DNA of 63,868 nucleotides, counting the filler. It is 12 parts of 12 records of this genome, joined end to end, with 100 filler letters (N's around TTAATTAATTAA, not from the genome) between each part and the next. Parts side by side here need not be neighbours in the genome. Positions count along the whole stretch, not along the records: positions 4,179 to 12,273 come from SRR15195285_1305; positions 12,374 to 17,182 come from SRR15195285_1310; positions 17,283 to 20,671 come from SRR15195285_1311; positions 20,772 to 27,148 come from SRR15195285_1325; 8 more parts are not named here. One strand, given 5' to 3'. A program made the translations under genes and the position numbers. The notes beneath the pieces were generated by a model. The model was not told the origin of the DNA. It made no database searches and worked only from the letters and a program-made list of their open reading frames with translations. Numbering within the stretch: position 1 is the first letter of the stretch; each line of letters begins with the position of its first letter. Positions 11,801-22,153 of the stretch are shown here, piece after piece.

Positions 11801-11952
11801 AGCCGCAACCTATCGCTGATGTCGGTGCTCACTTGCAACGCAGTTCTGACGCTGCGACCCAAAACGCGCATGGATGTGACGCGCCGCAGCCTGCGCGCGT
11901 GGATCTCCTCTTCCCGCGCGGTGAGTCCCGCCACTTCTTCCGCTCCCGCCAT
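8842..11952 (-). CDS. Voltage-gated, cyclic-nucleotide-binding-domain K+ channel (KCNH/HCN-like) with EF-hand-like motifs
   Basis: S1 FRVSWD; S4 RILRLLRLAKLLRLAR; pore TTLTTVGYGDITP; C-linker; CNBD (GEIFGE); DPDGDHDITREEF; terminal coiled coil. Confidence 0.92.
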   Translation of the reverse strand: MAGAEEVAGLTAREEEIHARRLRRVTSMRVLGRSVRTALQVSTDISDRLRLRSTDVESPTANTPNRPKEPGAMFDEYAYDEDDTGAKIPRGRILQAEFVDMMRTEYGDVRDDDVLSLWDGFLASENAAARAHHQPQEHMLSKGEFVKHILQYGITDYERDVDDPSSAVDYGDIDLQEASERDVRQRQDGIRCCQPKTWFIHPDGAFRVSWDLWLLVLIFYVAFCVPLRIGFDIEVEPGSAWFIVDLVADLTFFVDLFLNFFTGYMDSFGLRVSRGRDVAMNYLGWGPQKNYTIVPADLERTPRENFSGSGMALAATRGALDGDALMSVDVKFQKEEEAGDATACLNICTCCCGRCCHAGVPRSCRQCALVVTKLARMPLRGWFVVDFVSCLPVTYIALIVDAATDEINSDGSVEGGTMVGSTRAIRILRLLRLAKLLRLARIGRLLDKYCEDLREFYQAMAVFRAVCTTITMAHWTACAWHFLGVQGVEECTAPSTEGCTSWFQTSALSELGSDTDRLWDRYYTSLYWSATTLTTVGYGDITPVTNSEMMFAVFIEILGTCTFAYTAGTLSSVIMESKLDPKIQEYNEKMPKIKEYLRSHRVPRPERIRIRAHFDRVFHEHKAIDERNVLELMPGGLKGAMARNVVKTIYSDTYKLLATSKLFFSLTEIALVDLIVRLEPLRFRGPCRECPDGEEIIRQGHSCVDTYIISSGYCRSIARADPPYDEDGMYDRPLAGDDVEMLLRKGEIFGERSALGHGGGVDRMESTHTVLAKGQPPAADLLISREGRKDFLRRRWTPSTAESHPPSMTTVQVLSAANLASFLDEYAEYRAKLPAVVRVQIEKEEHRKRGLKLKALCPTRKDAEAQFSGIIDAWSDRSDGWSEQGVKEVLRKMKQAGGGQVEAVRSRNGRDCLAIVQVQVFLSPWQRWLVSTTLPEPEYMALLSDIFDPDGDHDITREEFWHGLNELKHPKHFKRKAAVVGVDKQMEAVADELTNVKKEVTIVQGKLQDQFTTVQTHLTDLTSNFQQFIEAHGRTN

Positions 11953-12431
11953 CCCAGCAGCGGCAGTCCGCAGCGCCAGATTGCCCCGGCAGCGCACTGT
12001 GTGTGCAGCTGATCCGTCCTCCCAGTTTTCAGGTCTCTGTGATGGAGCCGCTCGCCGCTGCAGTCAATCCCCAAGTCGCTCTAAAATCACAGTGTGCCTG
12101 AGCGGGTGTGGCATAGCCCACTAAGCCTGTCTACCGTCCTACGTCATACAGATACACAGTGTACGCAGTGTACGCGGGGCGGCTCGGCTGGCTGTGTGTG
12201 TTTGCGCAACCCTCTTCACCAGCAGCGCCAGCAGCAGCAGCAGCGCCAGCAGCGCCAGCAGCGCCAGCAGCAGNNNNNNNNNNNNNNNNNNNNNNNNNNN
12301 NNNNNNNNNNNNNNNNNTTAATTAATTAANNNNNNNNNNNNNNNNNNNNNNNNNNNNNNNNNNNNNNNNNNNNTCAAGGGCCTTGGGTCTGATCGACGCA
12401 CCGCGGGCACACATCAGTAGTGCGAGGGCGG

Positions 12432-15098
12432 ATGATGGTGCTGCCGGCGACGCTAAGTACGCTCGTGGTCGGCGTAGTCGCCAGTAGCAGCGGCAGTGAT
12501 TCGCGAGCGATGCTGAGTCTTTCACCAGCCCCATCGCTAGCGCTAGTCTACAGCGATCGGTCCTTGAATACCACGGCGTCCATCATTGAGCGTGTCGTCT
12601 CGCGCAAGAGCGGCTGTGGCATCGTCAAGGAGCCGGCTAAGAGCAAGCTGACGCTTACGCTGGAGATCGACTCAGACCTAGGGCCCGAGGCGTACTCTGC
12701 TACTTTCGACGGGGAGCGCTCCGCGACAGTGCGTGGCGGCGATCGCGCGGGGGTTACCTATGGTGCCGGGGCGTTCCTGCGCTCAGCGCAATTTACACCA
12801 GTCGGGCTGATTCCACCCCAGCACGCACCACCCTCGCCCGCACCACCGCCGCCGCCGCCACCGATTCCCATTGGCAGGGAGTGGTGGGCTGGCGAAGCAA
12901 ATCGCTCATATGCCTACGGAGCGTGTGGTGGCAACGACCCGCAGGGCTGCCCACAGGTGCCGCTGCTTGGCCTTGTCGACAGTCTCGAAGAGTGCAAACA
13001 GCTATGCGTCAACTCCAACATCACCCACTGCACATCCTGCGGCTGGATTCCCAATGACGCCCAGTGGTCGCGTCGCTGCTACGGCCGGCATGATGGAGTT
13101 TGGAACCCTAGCCCCGTCCAGGTCCCAGGCGCAGCCTGGGCACGACGTTTCAAGATCCCCTTGCCGCCGGCTCCGCCTCCGCCGCTGCCTCCCGCACCTG
13201 GACCGCCACCGACGATGCAGCCCTGGACAGCGCGCGGCGCACCAGCAGTACCGGGTTCTTTCCGTGGCTTGTATTTTGCCACGCATTTTGGCAACTTCTT
13301 TGCCAATGCGCCGGCTACTGCGATCCATGAGTACCTCGAAGATATGGCTCTGTGGGGCGCAAACACATTAGTAGTCATCGCGGAGCCGGCCAAGTTTGAG
13401 AACATCACCATGCTCGGGCCGTTGCTTGATCGCAACGCGCAGATTGGCGCATTTGCTCAATCGATTGGCTTCAAAGTTGGCTGGATATTCAACAACGAAG
13501 GCTTCCAAGATGCCTATCACCAGGATGAGCATGGAAATTACGTATCAAATATCTCCTTTACATATCCTCAGCAAGAAGGCGGTGACTTTGGCACTCCAAC
13601 GATGCCACAGTTCCTAATCTGCCCGCACAATGGTCTCGATTACCTGAAAAATGGGGTTTGGGGTCCCATCTTGCGGCGTGTCGCAGCCAACGGTCTGCAT
13701 CTGGACCACTTGATTGCCTGGCCATATGATTGGGGTGGCTGCGGTTGTCAACAGGACTGGCCATGGGGGGCTGTTGGGTTTCCTCGCTTTTCGACAGACA
13801 TTCTCACCATGGCTACAAATGAATGGGGACACGCAGGTGTCGAGGGGACGCTTTCAACCTGGCACTTCCAAATGTCCACCGCAAAACCTCCGGCGGATGA
13901 GTATGGTGGCTTGGACAAATGGCTTCGTTCACACAACGACGGCGGTGTCGCCGCGCACGCACACGCGCACACGCAGACACAGCCACAGCCTGAGGAGCAC
14001 GTTCGCCACGCAGACACAGCTGGAGGATACGGTGGCCTTGGCTACAGCCGACTCTTGCCACGTGATCACAACGTAGTACCCGAATATCAAGCTGCTTCCA
14101 CCGCAAATTGGACTCACACTATGAGCGCTGTACCCGGAGGCTTCCAGTGGATTGCAGCACACGGGAAGGTCGGCGGTTTGCCGACGCTTGACTTCCCTGA
14201 GTACTCAATGTTCAGTGGGTGCCCTTGGGGCGGATATGGGGCAAATCCAGTCCCACAGACGATGCAGACGGACTGGGATACGCACGGCGACATCATTAGT
14301 GGAGGAATGCCGTACTCGGAAGGCATCTACCTTGATATGAACCAGGTCATGCGCCAACAGCAGTACTGGTCCGGACGACTCACGAACGAGACTCTTCTAG
14401 AGTACAATCGGTACGAGTTTGGATGGGCAGCCGCGGAGAATATCACACAAGCGGTTCGCATCCTTGAGACCACCCTGGGGTGGGAGGCTGGGCCGTTTCC
14501 AAAAGGGAAGGATCTTGCAAAGAACGGCAGCAGCCAGTACGCGTTTGCACTTCTGAATGATGCGATGCTCAGTATGACCGAATCAGCAAAAGCCAGCTGG
14601 CGCTGGCGCATTCTGTACCTGCGTGCGCAAATTGATGCTTTATCGTTCAGGGGTAAAGCTACGAATGCAGCCCTGTTGAACGCTTCGTTCGACGAGCTGG
14701 CCAAGATTTACCACGTGGAGAGCAACTGCTGCCATCCAGACAGCCCGGCCGACTGTACGGATGCGATTGATACACAAGCAAACTGCACGATGAAAGTTCT
14801 GCGCCCTGGCTTCAGCGGAAAATCTCCAGCAGAGTGCTCTGACGTCCGGTTAAAAAAAGACGTAGCTACACTCGGTCGGTCGCCGAGTGGCGTGCCACTT
14901 TTCAGTTGGCGCTACAAGTCCACATTATCGCTATCGATGCCGAGTGGCTTCGAGCCATGGCAGCGATTCGTTGGAACAACAGCGCAGGCGTTGCTGTCAA
15001 TAGGCCGAGGAGACGCTGTGTTGCTGAACGCTTGTGGCGGATACCATGCTGTTGACTACTCGCGCATCGACGTGGACTTCGGGCCGGTGTTGCAATGA
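12432..15098 (+). CDS. Secreted glycoside-hydrolase-like protein with a Cys-rich (PAN/apple-like) insert and a C-terminal Peptidase S74 chaperone domain
   Basis: Signal peptide; hexosaminidase domain-2-like LGPEAYS..VRGGDRAGVTYGAGAFLR; barrel motifs FRGLYFATHFGNF, EDMALWGAN, WPYDWGGCGC, GGMPYSEGIY; tail SDVRLKKDV..GTTAQ..AVDYSRI. Confidence 0.8.
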   Translation: MMVLPATLSTLVVGVVASSSGSDSRAMLSLSPAPSLALVYSDRSLNTTASIIERVVSRKSGCGIVKEPAKSKLTLTLEIDSDLGPEAYSATFDGERSATVRGGDRAGVTYGAGAFLRSAQFTPVGLIPPQHAPPSPAPPPPPPPIPIGREWWAGEANRSYAYGACGGNDPQGCPQVPLLGLVDSLEECKQLCVNSNITHCTSCGWIPNDAQWSRRCYGRHDGVWNPSPVQVPGAAWARRFKIPLPPAPPPPLPPAPGPPPTMQPWTARGAPAVPGSFRGLYFATHFGNFFANAPATAIHEYLEDMALWGANTLVVIAEPAKFENITMLGPLLDRNAQIGAFAQSIGFKVGWIFNNEGFQDAYHQDEHGNYVSNISFTYPQQEGGDFGTPTMPQFLICPHNGLDYLKNGVWGPILRRVAANGLHLDHLIAWPYDWGGCGCQQDWPWGAVGFPRFSTDILTMATNEWGHAGVEGTLSTWHFQMSTAKPPADEYGGLDKWLRSHNDGGVAAHAHAHTQTQPQPEEHVRHADTAGGYGGLGYSRLLPRDHNVVPEYQAASTANWTHTMSAVPGGFQWIAAHGKVGGLPTLDFPEYSMFSGCPWGGYGANPVPQTMQTDWDTHGDIISGGMPYSEGIYLDMNQVMRQQQYWSGRLTNETLLEYNRYEFGWAAAENITQAVRILETTLGWEAGPFPKGKDLAKNGSSQYAFALLNDAMLSMTESAKASWRWRILYLRAQIDALSFRGKATNAALLNASFDELAKIYHVESNCCHPDSPADCTDAIDTQANCTMKVLRPGFSGKSPAECSDVRLKKDVATLGRSPSGVPLFSWRYKSTLSLSMPSGFEPWQRFVGTTAQALLSIGRGDAVLLNACGGYHAVDYSRIDVDFGPVLQ

Positions 15099-15220
15099 TC
15101 GTTGGGAGGAAAAACTGAGGCTTCATTGAATCACTTTTGGTACCTGGCTGAGTAAAAAAAAGAGGCGGACGACTGCGAGTCGATCGCCTAAGTGCCCGAG
15201 CCATGCTGTGCAGTGTAATA

Positions 15221-16620
15221 TCAGGCTTCTGTTTCGAAGACAACATCCGCCATTGCCAGTGGGTTTGGCCCCAATCTTGTCGCACCAGTGGGCGCGCCTT
15301 CATCGCGCATTGCAAGCTTCTGCACCGCACCGAGCGCGTACGCCCTTTCAACTGCAGTACCCAGGCCAAGCTCACGCCAACCTTCATGTCCAAGGTGTTC
15401 AAGCGCCGATCCAGCGACGCTGTGCTGGGCCACGGCATCCGCCGCCTTGGTCAGCGCCGCCTGCCCGGGCGCTGGTGCTGTTTCAGCCTCGCGCTGCAAA
15501 AATGCGGACACCTGCGCGCATGTCCACCTCTGAAACATTTGCACCGACTGCATGGATGTGGCGCGTCGCGCCAATTTTCGCCTGCGAACAATCTCGGCCA
15601 TCGCTTCATTTTTCCAGAAAAAAGCACCCTCAGGTTTTCCGAGCGAGCTTGGCTTCAGCGTAGCTTCCTCTGGGCTAAGTACTATACCCAGGCTCAAATG
15701 GACTAACAGGTTGAACAGACCTCCCATGACGACAACCATCTTCACTTGGCTTTTTAGGAACCACAAAAATACAATCGCACCGAACAACACGCTTCCGGCT
15801 AGATCGAACCGCTTATACGCATACAGAGGGACGGAAAACATCATCAGCGTCGCTCCGTAGTTGAAAAGCAGGCAGTTTCGGCCGAGAAACCCACTCAAGG
15901 TTCGAAAGTACTCTTTCCCGGCCGCGGTGGTCAAGAACAGCTGCAGATTCATCATGGCCACGCAGCAGACAACGTGGACTGACATTGCCAGGGCCAGCAC
16001 GCAGAAGAGAACCTGGTCAGCGACTGTGTGCACTGTGCAGTCCCACCGCGGGATCTGCTCAAACAGTGGGCCCTCAGACAAGTCCGCACTGCCGTCGCCT
16101 TCAAGGCACGCGGCGTGCGGTGACGGGTCTAGGCTGGCCTCCTGTGCGAGACCGGCAAAGCAGAAGGCAGCGAAGAGTGCCGCCATCTGCAAGTGTGTCT
16201 CCGCTTGCACATGAAGCTCGTGCGCCGTTTCGGGGTTGTTGACCCAGTTGGCTGACATCGTCGTAAACTTGAAGTCCAGGCCAAACGACTTGATGTTATT
16301 CGCTTGGTCGTCGAGCAGGTGGCCCGAGTGCTTCAAAATGTACGCACGCACAGCGGCGTCGCTGCGGACGTATGATGCGGCGACACTGAGACTGCGAGTG
16401 TCGTGGCGCTGCGGCGCCTCGATGCGGCTCACTGTGGCTGCTGTCCAACTCGACAGATAGTCTATCTGTGGCTCTATGGGGGATGGAGGGCTCGCTGTCT
16501 GACACACCTGGGAGAGTCGCCGTCGTTTTCGCCGCTCTGGCCGGCGTCGGTTGCATCGCTGGCTGCTGCGCCGGTCCGGAGCTGTTGTTGAGGAGGACTG
16601 GGCTGGGTGCTCTTCATCAT
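15221..16620 (-). CDS. Multi-TM (Orai/PGG-like) membrane protein with C-terminal SAM domain; start uncertain
   Basis: Four to five hydrophobic helices; SAM pattern WTCAQVSAFL..VAGSALEHL..WRELGL. Confidence 0.65.
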
Positions 16621-17077
16621 CTTGATCGAGCACTCCGCCCTAACACGCCTGCAGAGCGACAAGATACACGACGAAATATGCCTCTCTTGTCGCCGGGGAC
16701 CCCTACGCAGCGCACCAAGCCCCTGAGGCCCTGCTGTGGTCGACGACAATTTTACAGTCGATACTATGTAGTACAGCGTCGCGGGTTACCGCCGCGCGGG
16801 TACACGCACGTCCCCGAACCCCGATTCTCCGATACACGTAGGATCCTACCGGCGCGGTATCAGGCTACATGTATCAGCGTCACAGCGATATGACGTGATT
16901 CATTGTCCATCAACGTCAGCATCTCACGAAAAGCCGGATCTGCAAACAACGCTTGCTTGGAATGGTATAGTTTATTGACATTGCATACAAATGCAAACAA
17001 AACTAAGCGCTCGTGGACCTCAAGCCAAACGGATGAACGCATTGACTTGACGCAAACAACGAAGACGACAGGGTGCA

Positions 17078-17182
17078 GACTTGACTTGACTTGCAAAGGC
17101 TTTTATTGTACAAGTAGATTACCGTAGGGGATTAAAATGTTTGTTGCTTGCGAAGCAAAGCAAAGCAAAGTAAGGCTTTATT
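17078..17182 (-). mobile_element. Two putative non-LTR retroelement 3' tails (AATAAA plus short tandem repeat)
   Basis: Minus strand reads AATAAAGCCTTA(CTTTG)3 and AATAAAAGCCTTTG(CAAGT)3; the contig breaks at the second. Confidence 0.5.
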
Positions 17183-17352
17183 NNNNNNNNNNNNNNNNNN
17201 NNNNNNNNNNNNNNNNNNNNNNNNNNTTAATTAATTAANNNNNNNNNNNNNNNNNNNNNNNNNNNNNNNNNNNNNNNNNNNNAGCACCACCAGCAGCAGC
17301 AGCAGCAGCAGCCTGCGGCGTAGCAGCAGCACTGTGAGCCCGTGCGGTGGAA

Positions 17353-19806
17353 ATGAGGGCAGTTTTACCGATGGTCGCCTGTGCATTGAGCGCTCAGGTT
17401 CGTGGTGCAGCGAGCGCCAAGCACAACATCCTGTACATTATGGCGGACGACCTGAACGCTGACTGGAAGAATGACCGTCTTGCTTGGATGCCCAATCTCA
17501 AGAAGTTCTTCTCGGAAGAGGGGACGCAGTTCGAGGTAGGTGGGATAGTGTAGGGGTCCCATCTGTGCGTTGGTGTGGATGCGCTTGGTCGCTGACATCT
17601 CGCTTGCTCGTGCCTTGCTGCGTCCGGAGCAGAATCACGTGGCGGCACAGCCAGTTTGCGGCCCGTCGCGCTCGTCAATGCTCCTCGGGCGCTACCCGCA
17701 CAACACGGGCTACGTGAACAACGACGACGAGCCGTCCTATGCAAATTTCCTGAAGCAAGCGAACAACACAGTTGGCAGATGGCTGATGGATGCGGGGTAC
17801 TACACGGCTTTCTTTGGGAAATACGTCAACGGCATGGAGGGGCACGTGCCGTCCGGCTGGTCATACTGGGGAGCTCTGGTTAACACTTATGACTTCTACA
17901 ACGCTACTGTATGGATGAAAGACTGGGAGGATCCACATTTTGGCCCCCCACAACAACGGCTCATGACGCACATCCACCAAGCGGACTTTCTTGGTAACTT
18001 CACCGTGGAGCACGCTGCCAAGGCAATCGCAGCGAGCCGACCTTTCTTCATCTCCGTGACCCCGGTAATGCCGCACTGGGGAACCTGCTATGGGCCGGGC
18101 CCTACCTCCGTCTATCCTGCATACGACCCACATTGGGAGTTTGACCTTGGTGGTCCACACGCACCGACTACAAAAATCTCTTGTGGCACGACGTGCGCCA
18201 TGCCGATCTCGCCGTGCCCAACCGACCGCAACCGGCACAAGTTTGACGGTCAGACCAATCCGCGCATCAAGGATGTGTGGAACGTCTCGATTAAAGGCAA
18301 CCGACCTCAATTTATGCGCAATCTCGAGCAGGCAAGTGGCCATCTGACAGAGTTCCAGGCTTGGCGTGAGGATATTGGTTGGCAGAACCGCTCCGCCTCG
18401 TTAATCGACCTGGATGAGATGATTGGAGGTATTGTACAGGGCATCAACAAGCTTGGCGTGCTGAATAACACAGTGCGTCGGGCATGTCTTTCTGTGCCGC
18501 GCCAGTGCTACAAGTGTAGTTTTCGTGCGTGTGCAACTGCAGCCACAGCTGAAACAGACTACGGCTACTGCTATTCCTGCGGCAAGTGATGTTCTTCACA
18601 AGCGATAATGGTTACCATTTGGTGGGTTCGTGTGTCTTGGGACTCCACAATCCACACACGCGCTTGCAACTCCCTTACCTGCGTTGCTGCTGGTCGTGTT
18701 AGGGAGAGCACAAGATGCCGTTTGGGAAAGGAGAGCCATATGACACTGATGTGCGCCTTCCGATGTACGGTGCGTGTTCTGTTCGCGTGCACAGAGTACT
18801 CTGTACACGCGAAGCCATTCAGGTTAGTCCTCTCTAAGCAACCGCACGCCCAACTAACAGCCGTTGGTTTCGACCAGTGCGCGGCCCTGGAGTACTGCCC
18901 GGTCGTGTGCTCCCACACCCAACGAATCACCTCGACATTACCGCAACCATCGTCGAGCTGGCGGGAGCTATTGCAACGCCAAATCCCGCAGGTCCACTTA
19001 CAGATCCCGCGCTCGATGGCCTATCATTCCTGTCCGACCTGGCCCACAACGCACCTCCCACCCGGCTTGCTGATTCGTGGCGGCAGCACTCCTTCTCTGA
19101 GTTTTTCGCTGACGACAACACTTGGCGTCTAGTACGCGTGGTCAACTCTACGCACAAGTTTTCCTTCATCTGGTGGTGCACAAATGACACGGAAATTTTC
19201 GACATGCAGGGAGACAAGTGGCAGACAGTAAACGTTGATGGTGAGGAGGGCAATGCGTTCGCTGTACGGGCTGCGGACGATGCTGGCCGAATGATCGCTC
19301 CGCTGGGTGTCTGCAAGGGCCGGGCATGCAACAAGCCCGTGCCTGCTGCTACCACACCCACTGATGGCTCTCTGACGTGCTACCAGACGAAAGGACGGGG
19401 ATGGCAGTACCTCGGTTCCTTCAACCTGATTACCGACAAAGAAACAAACAGAGTCATCGGTATCCGAGGCTGGGCAGTAGATCTTTCCTCTAGCTTGCCT
19501 GGGAAGAAGCCTGGAACAGAGCCCGTGATTGTGCGCCTGCGTGTCAACGGCAAGTTTGGTCTGATCAAGCCGACTGTTGCTGACATGCCCCGCATCGATT
19601 TACCGACAGCAAATCCAAATGTTCCTGACCCTTACCACGGCTGGCAGTACAATGCGACAGATCTACCAGCATCGCTCATGCAGGGACAGAAGCGGGTCAC
19701 CCTTCTTGGTCACGTGGGCGAGAACGGTCAATATCACCCGTATGGTGGCAAAAAAGGTGCGGGTGTGGAACGATGTCTATGCCATGGCGTCGAGTGTCCA
19801 TGCTGA
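17353..19806 (+). CDS. Secreted formylglycine-dependent sulfatase (N-acetylglucosamine-6-sulfatase-like), four introns, extra C-terminal domain
   Basis: NILYIMADD; CGPSRSSMLLGRYPHNTG (CxPxR); GKYVNG; TSDNGYHL/GEHK and VRGPGV recovered after splicing. Confidence 0.92.
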
Positions 19807-20771
19807 GGGTGTATACGCGCCGGGTATAATTATAGGTGTACTCGAACATTGTTTTGAATGCTATTCAATATATTGGTCGTCTCAGCAGCAGGGAATATAT
19901 GGGGGGACTTGGTGACCCGGATGCATTCGTGAAGGATCATTTCAATCGGCGCATCGTTGGTGGTAGTGAACTGAATGCACAACGCGCCTAGGGTCTGTGA
20001 AAGAGTTCTTTGACAGTGTGGACGCAGTCGATAGACACTCCCAGTGTGGAGCAGAAGACAGGCCATTCGCATCAACAGTGTTCGGCGGGCGTCGCCAGCC
20101 CTCGACCGACCCTCGCTCTTGTCACACGAGCCACCCGCCTCCACGCGCCACTACCGGTCCCAGGCGTGCCTGGGTGCATGCTAATCATTGCTATAAGTGC
20201 CCAACTCGCCTGTCGAAGTCGGGTCACTATTGCCTACCACAATTGATTCCACTCACTGCAGTTTCATCGATAATCACCACCACAACTACACTTTCATTGT
20301 TGCCCACCACGTCTGAAAGCAACCATCGACAGCAATTACCACTATAAATCCACTGCGCCTAGCTGCTTGACTATATCATGCATGTGTATTGGAATTCCTA
20401 CTAGTAGATGATGTTTTTGTCTAATCGCTCAGTAATTACTCAGTGATATTCTTCCTTCATTTATTGCACCGGTGCCATCAATCATAGAGTCCACCGTACA
20501 ATTATGCAACTGCTGAGATTCGACTCTTCAGTCGACCAGCTTGACGAGCAGCGTGCCAGCATGGTGGTCTGTGTACTTGCAGTTCGTGCACGCCGTCTTT
20601 CCACCGCGTCTCCACGGGCGATTGGCACAGCCCTCGTCGCTGTAGTCGGAGGGGCCCGGGGGCCACACCACNNNNNNNNNNNNNNNNNNNNNNNNNNNNN
20701 NNNNNNNNNNNNNNNTTAATTAATTAANNNNNNNNNNNNNNNNNNNNNNNNNNNNNNNNNNNNNNNNNNNN

Positions 20772-21985
20772 TCAACCTGTCCCTCGGCCAGCGAGGCAGC
20801 ACACTCATAGAGTTGGTCTTGTTCATCGCGCAGGCAGGAGTCTGTTGCATCTACATCTCACTAGTCACCGAGAACCTTTTGCAGCTCGTGCCTGCGGCCT
20901 CGCGCCCCTCGATGACGCTAGCCCTGCTCACGCTAGCACCAGTGCTGTTTGGAGGAATGGGGCTGGTTAAAGGCGTCGCAGAGCTGCGCTCAATCGCAAT
21001 GGTTGGGAACACTGGAATGGTGCTGGTGACGATTGTCTGCGCGGTGTCAGGCTTCGCTGCGCTGTTCTGGCCAGACGCTGCACTCGGCCCGTCTGGGGAC
21101 ACAGCGGCATATGTAGGTCACGCTGGACCAGTCACGGGTTTCCGAGACCTCGTGATGCTGACCTCGAGCACCTTCTACGCATTTGAAGGCATGGGCCTAG
21201 TGCTGCCGGTCTCTAATGCAATGGTGGAGCCGGAACGATTCGGACAAAGTCTGCGGATAGCAAGCTTGATTCTGGGTACATGTTACGCGTTGACTGGTCT
21301 GAGCTGTGGCGTTGCATTCCGGTCGGAGGGGCTGGGGCCTGGGTCGGTGACAGCCTTTCTTGCGAGCCACGCACGGGAACGTGGCGCGTCTGGCACGATC
21401 GTTGCGGCTTACGATGGATTAAACGCACTGGTAGCACTGGTTGTCTACTTGACATTTTCGCTGCAGCTGCTGCCAGCTGCCCAGGTGCTGAGCCGTTGGT
21501 GCACTAGTTGTAGCTGTTGCAGTGACGGTGGCGGAACAGCGCCAACGGACGAGATGCGGCCGCTGACCAGAGAATCGTCAGCGCCCACAACCATCGGGGA
21601 GGACGTGAAATTGGCTGTCGATGACAAATGCATCGATGACGATCAGAGTCTCCGGTTCAGCGAAAGTGATGCAGTCCCAAAGTCTGAACGAAAGTGCGAT
21701 GTCCAGAGGACGACGCAGCGGTTGTCGCTCGTGGCGGCTTGTATCGCCCTCACTGTGGCGGTACCACAAGTTGGGCTTCTTGTTGGGCTATTCGGCTCTG
21801 TGGCCTGGACAGTCCTGGCGGCAACCCCGCCGCTTTGCCGGCTCATGCTGCTTCGCAGCGCTGGTGTGCTGCGATGTGGGGCACGCGTTGCATTTGACGT
21901 CTGGTTTATATGTTTTTGTGCTTTTATCACAGTAGTCGGGACAACACTGGCGATGCAAGACATTTTGTCTTCGTGGCAGTTGTAA
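20772..21985 (+). CDS. Amino acid transporter (AAAP/SLC36-like), 5' truncated
   Basis: QAGVCCIYI; YAFEGMGLVLPVSNAMVEPERF; VPQVGLLVGLFGS; multiple TM helices. Confidence 0.88.
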
Positions 21986-22153
21986 TAATTGAACTAAAGT
22001 GGCAGTTGTACAAATTAAACTGCAGCTTCTCACCACTACTAGTTTTCATGAGTTTAGGGTACACTCTCCGTGATTGGGGTGTAGCTAGCCGTGCATCGAA
22101 ATCAACAGCCACCAGCCCTGCCGCTAGACCGTGACACCGGTAGTACTGCAGAA

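Noticed and set aside
12219-12273. CAG-type and CG microsatellites at contig ends (also ~4179, 17283, 53481)
   Set aside because: Simple repeats that explain assembly breaks; no further structure
19931-19941. GAAGGATCATT, resembling the 18S rRNA 3' end
   Set aside because: Upstream sequence does not match SSU rRNA
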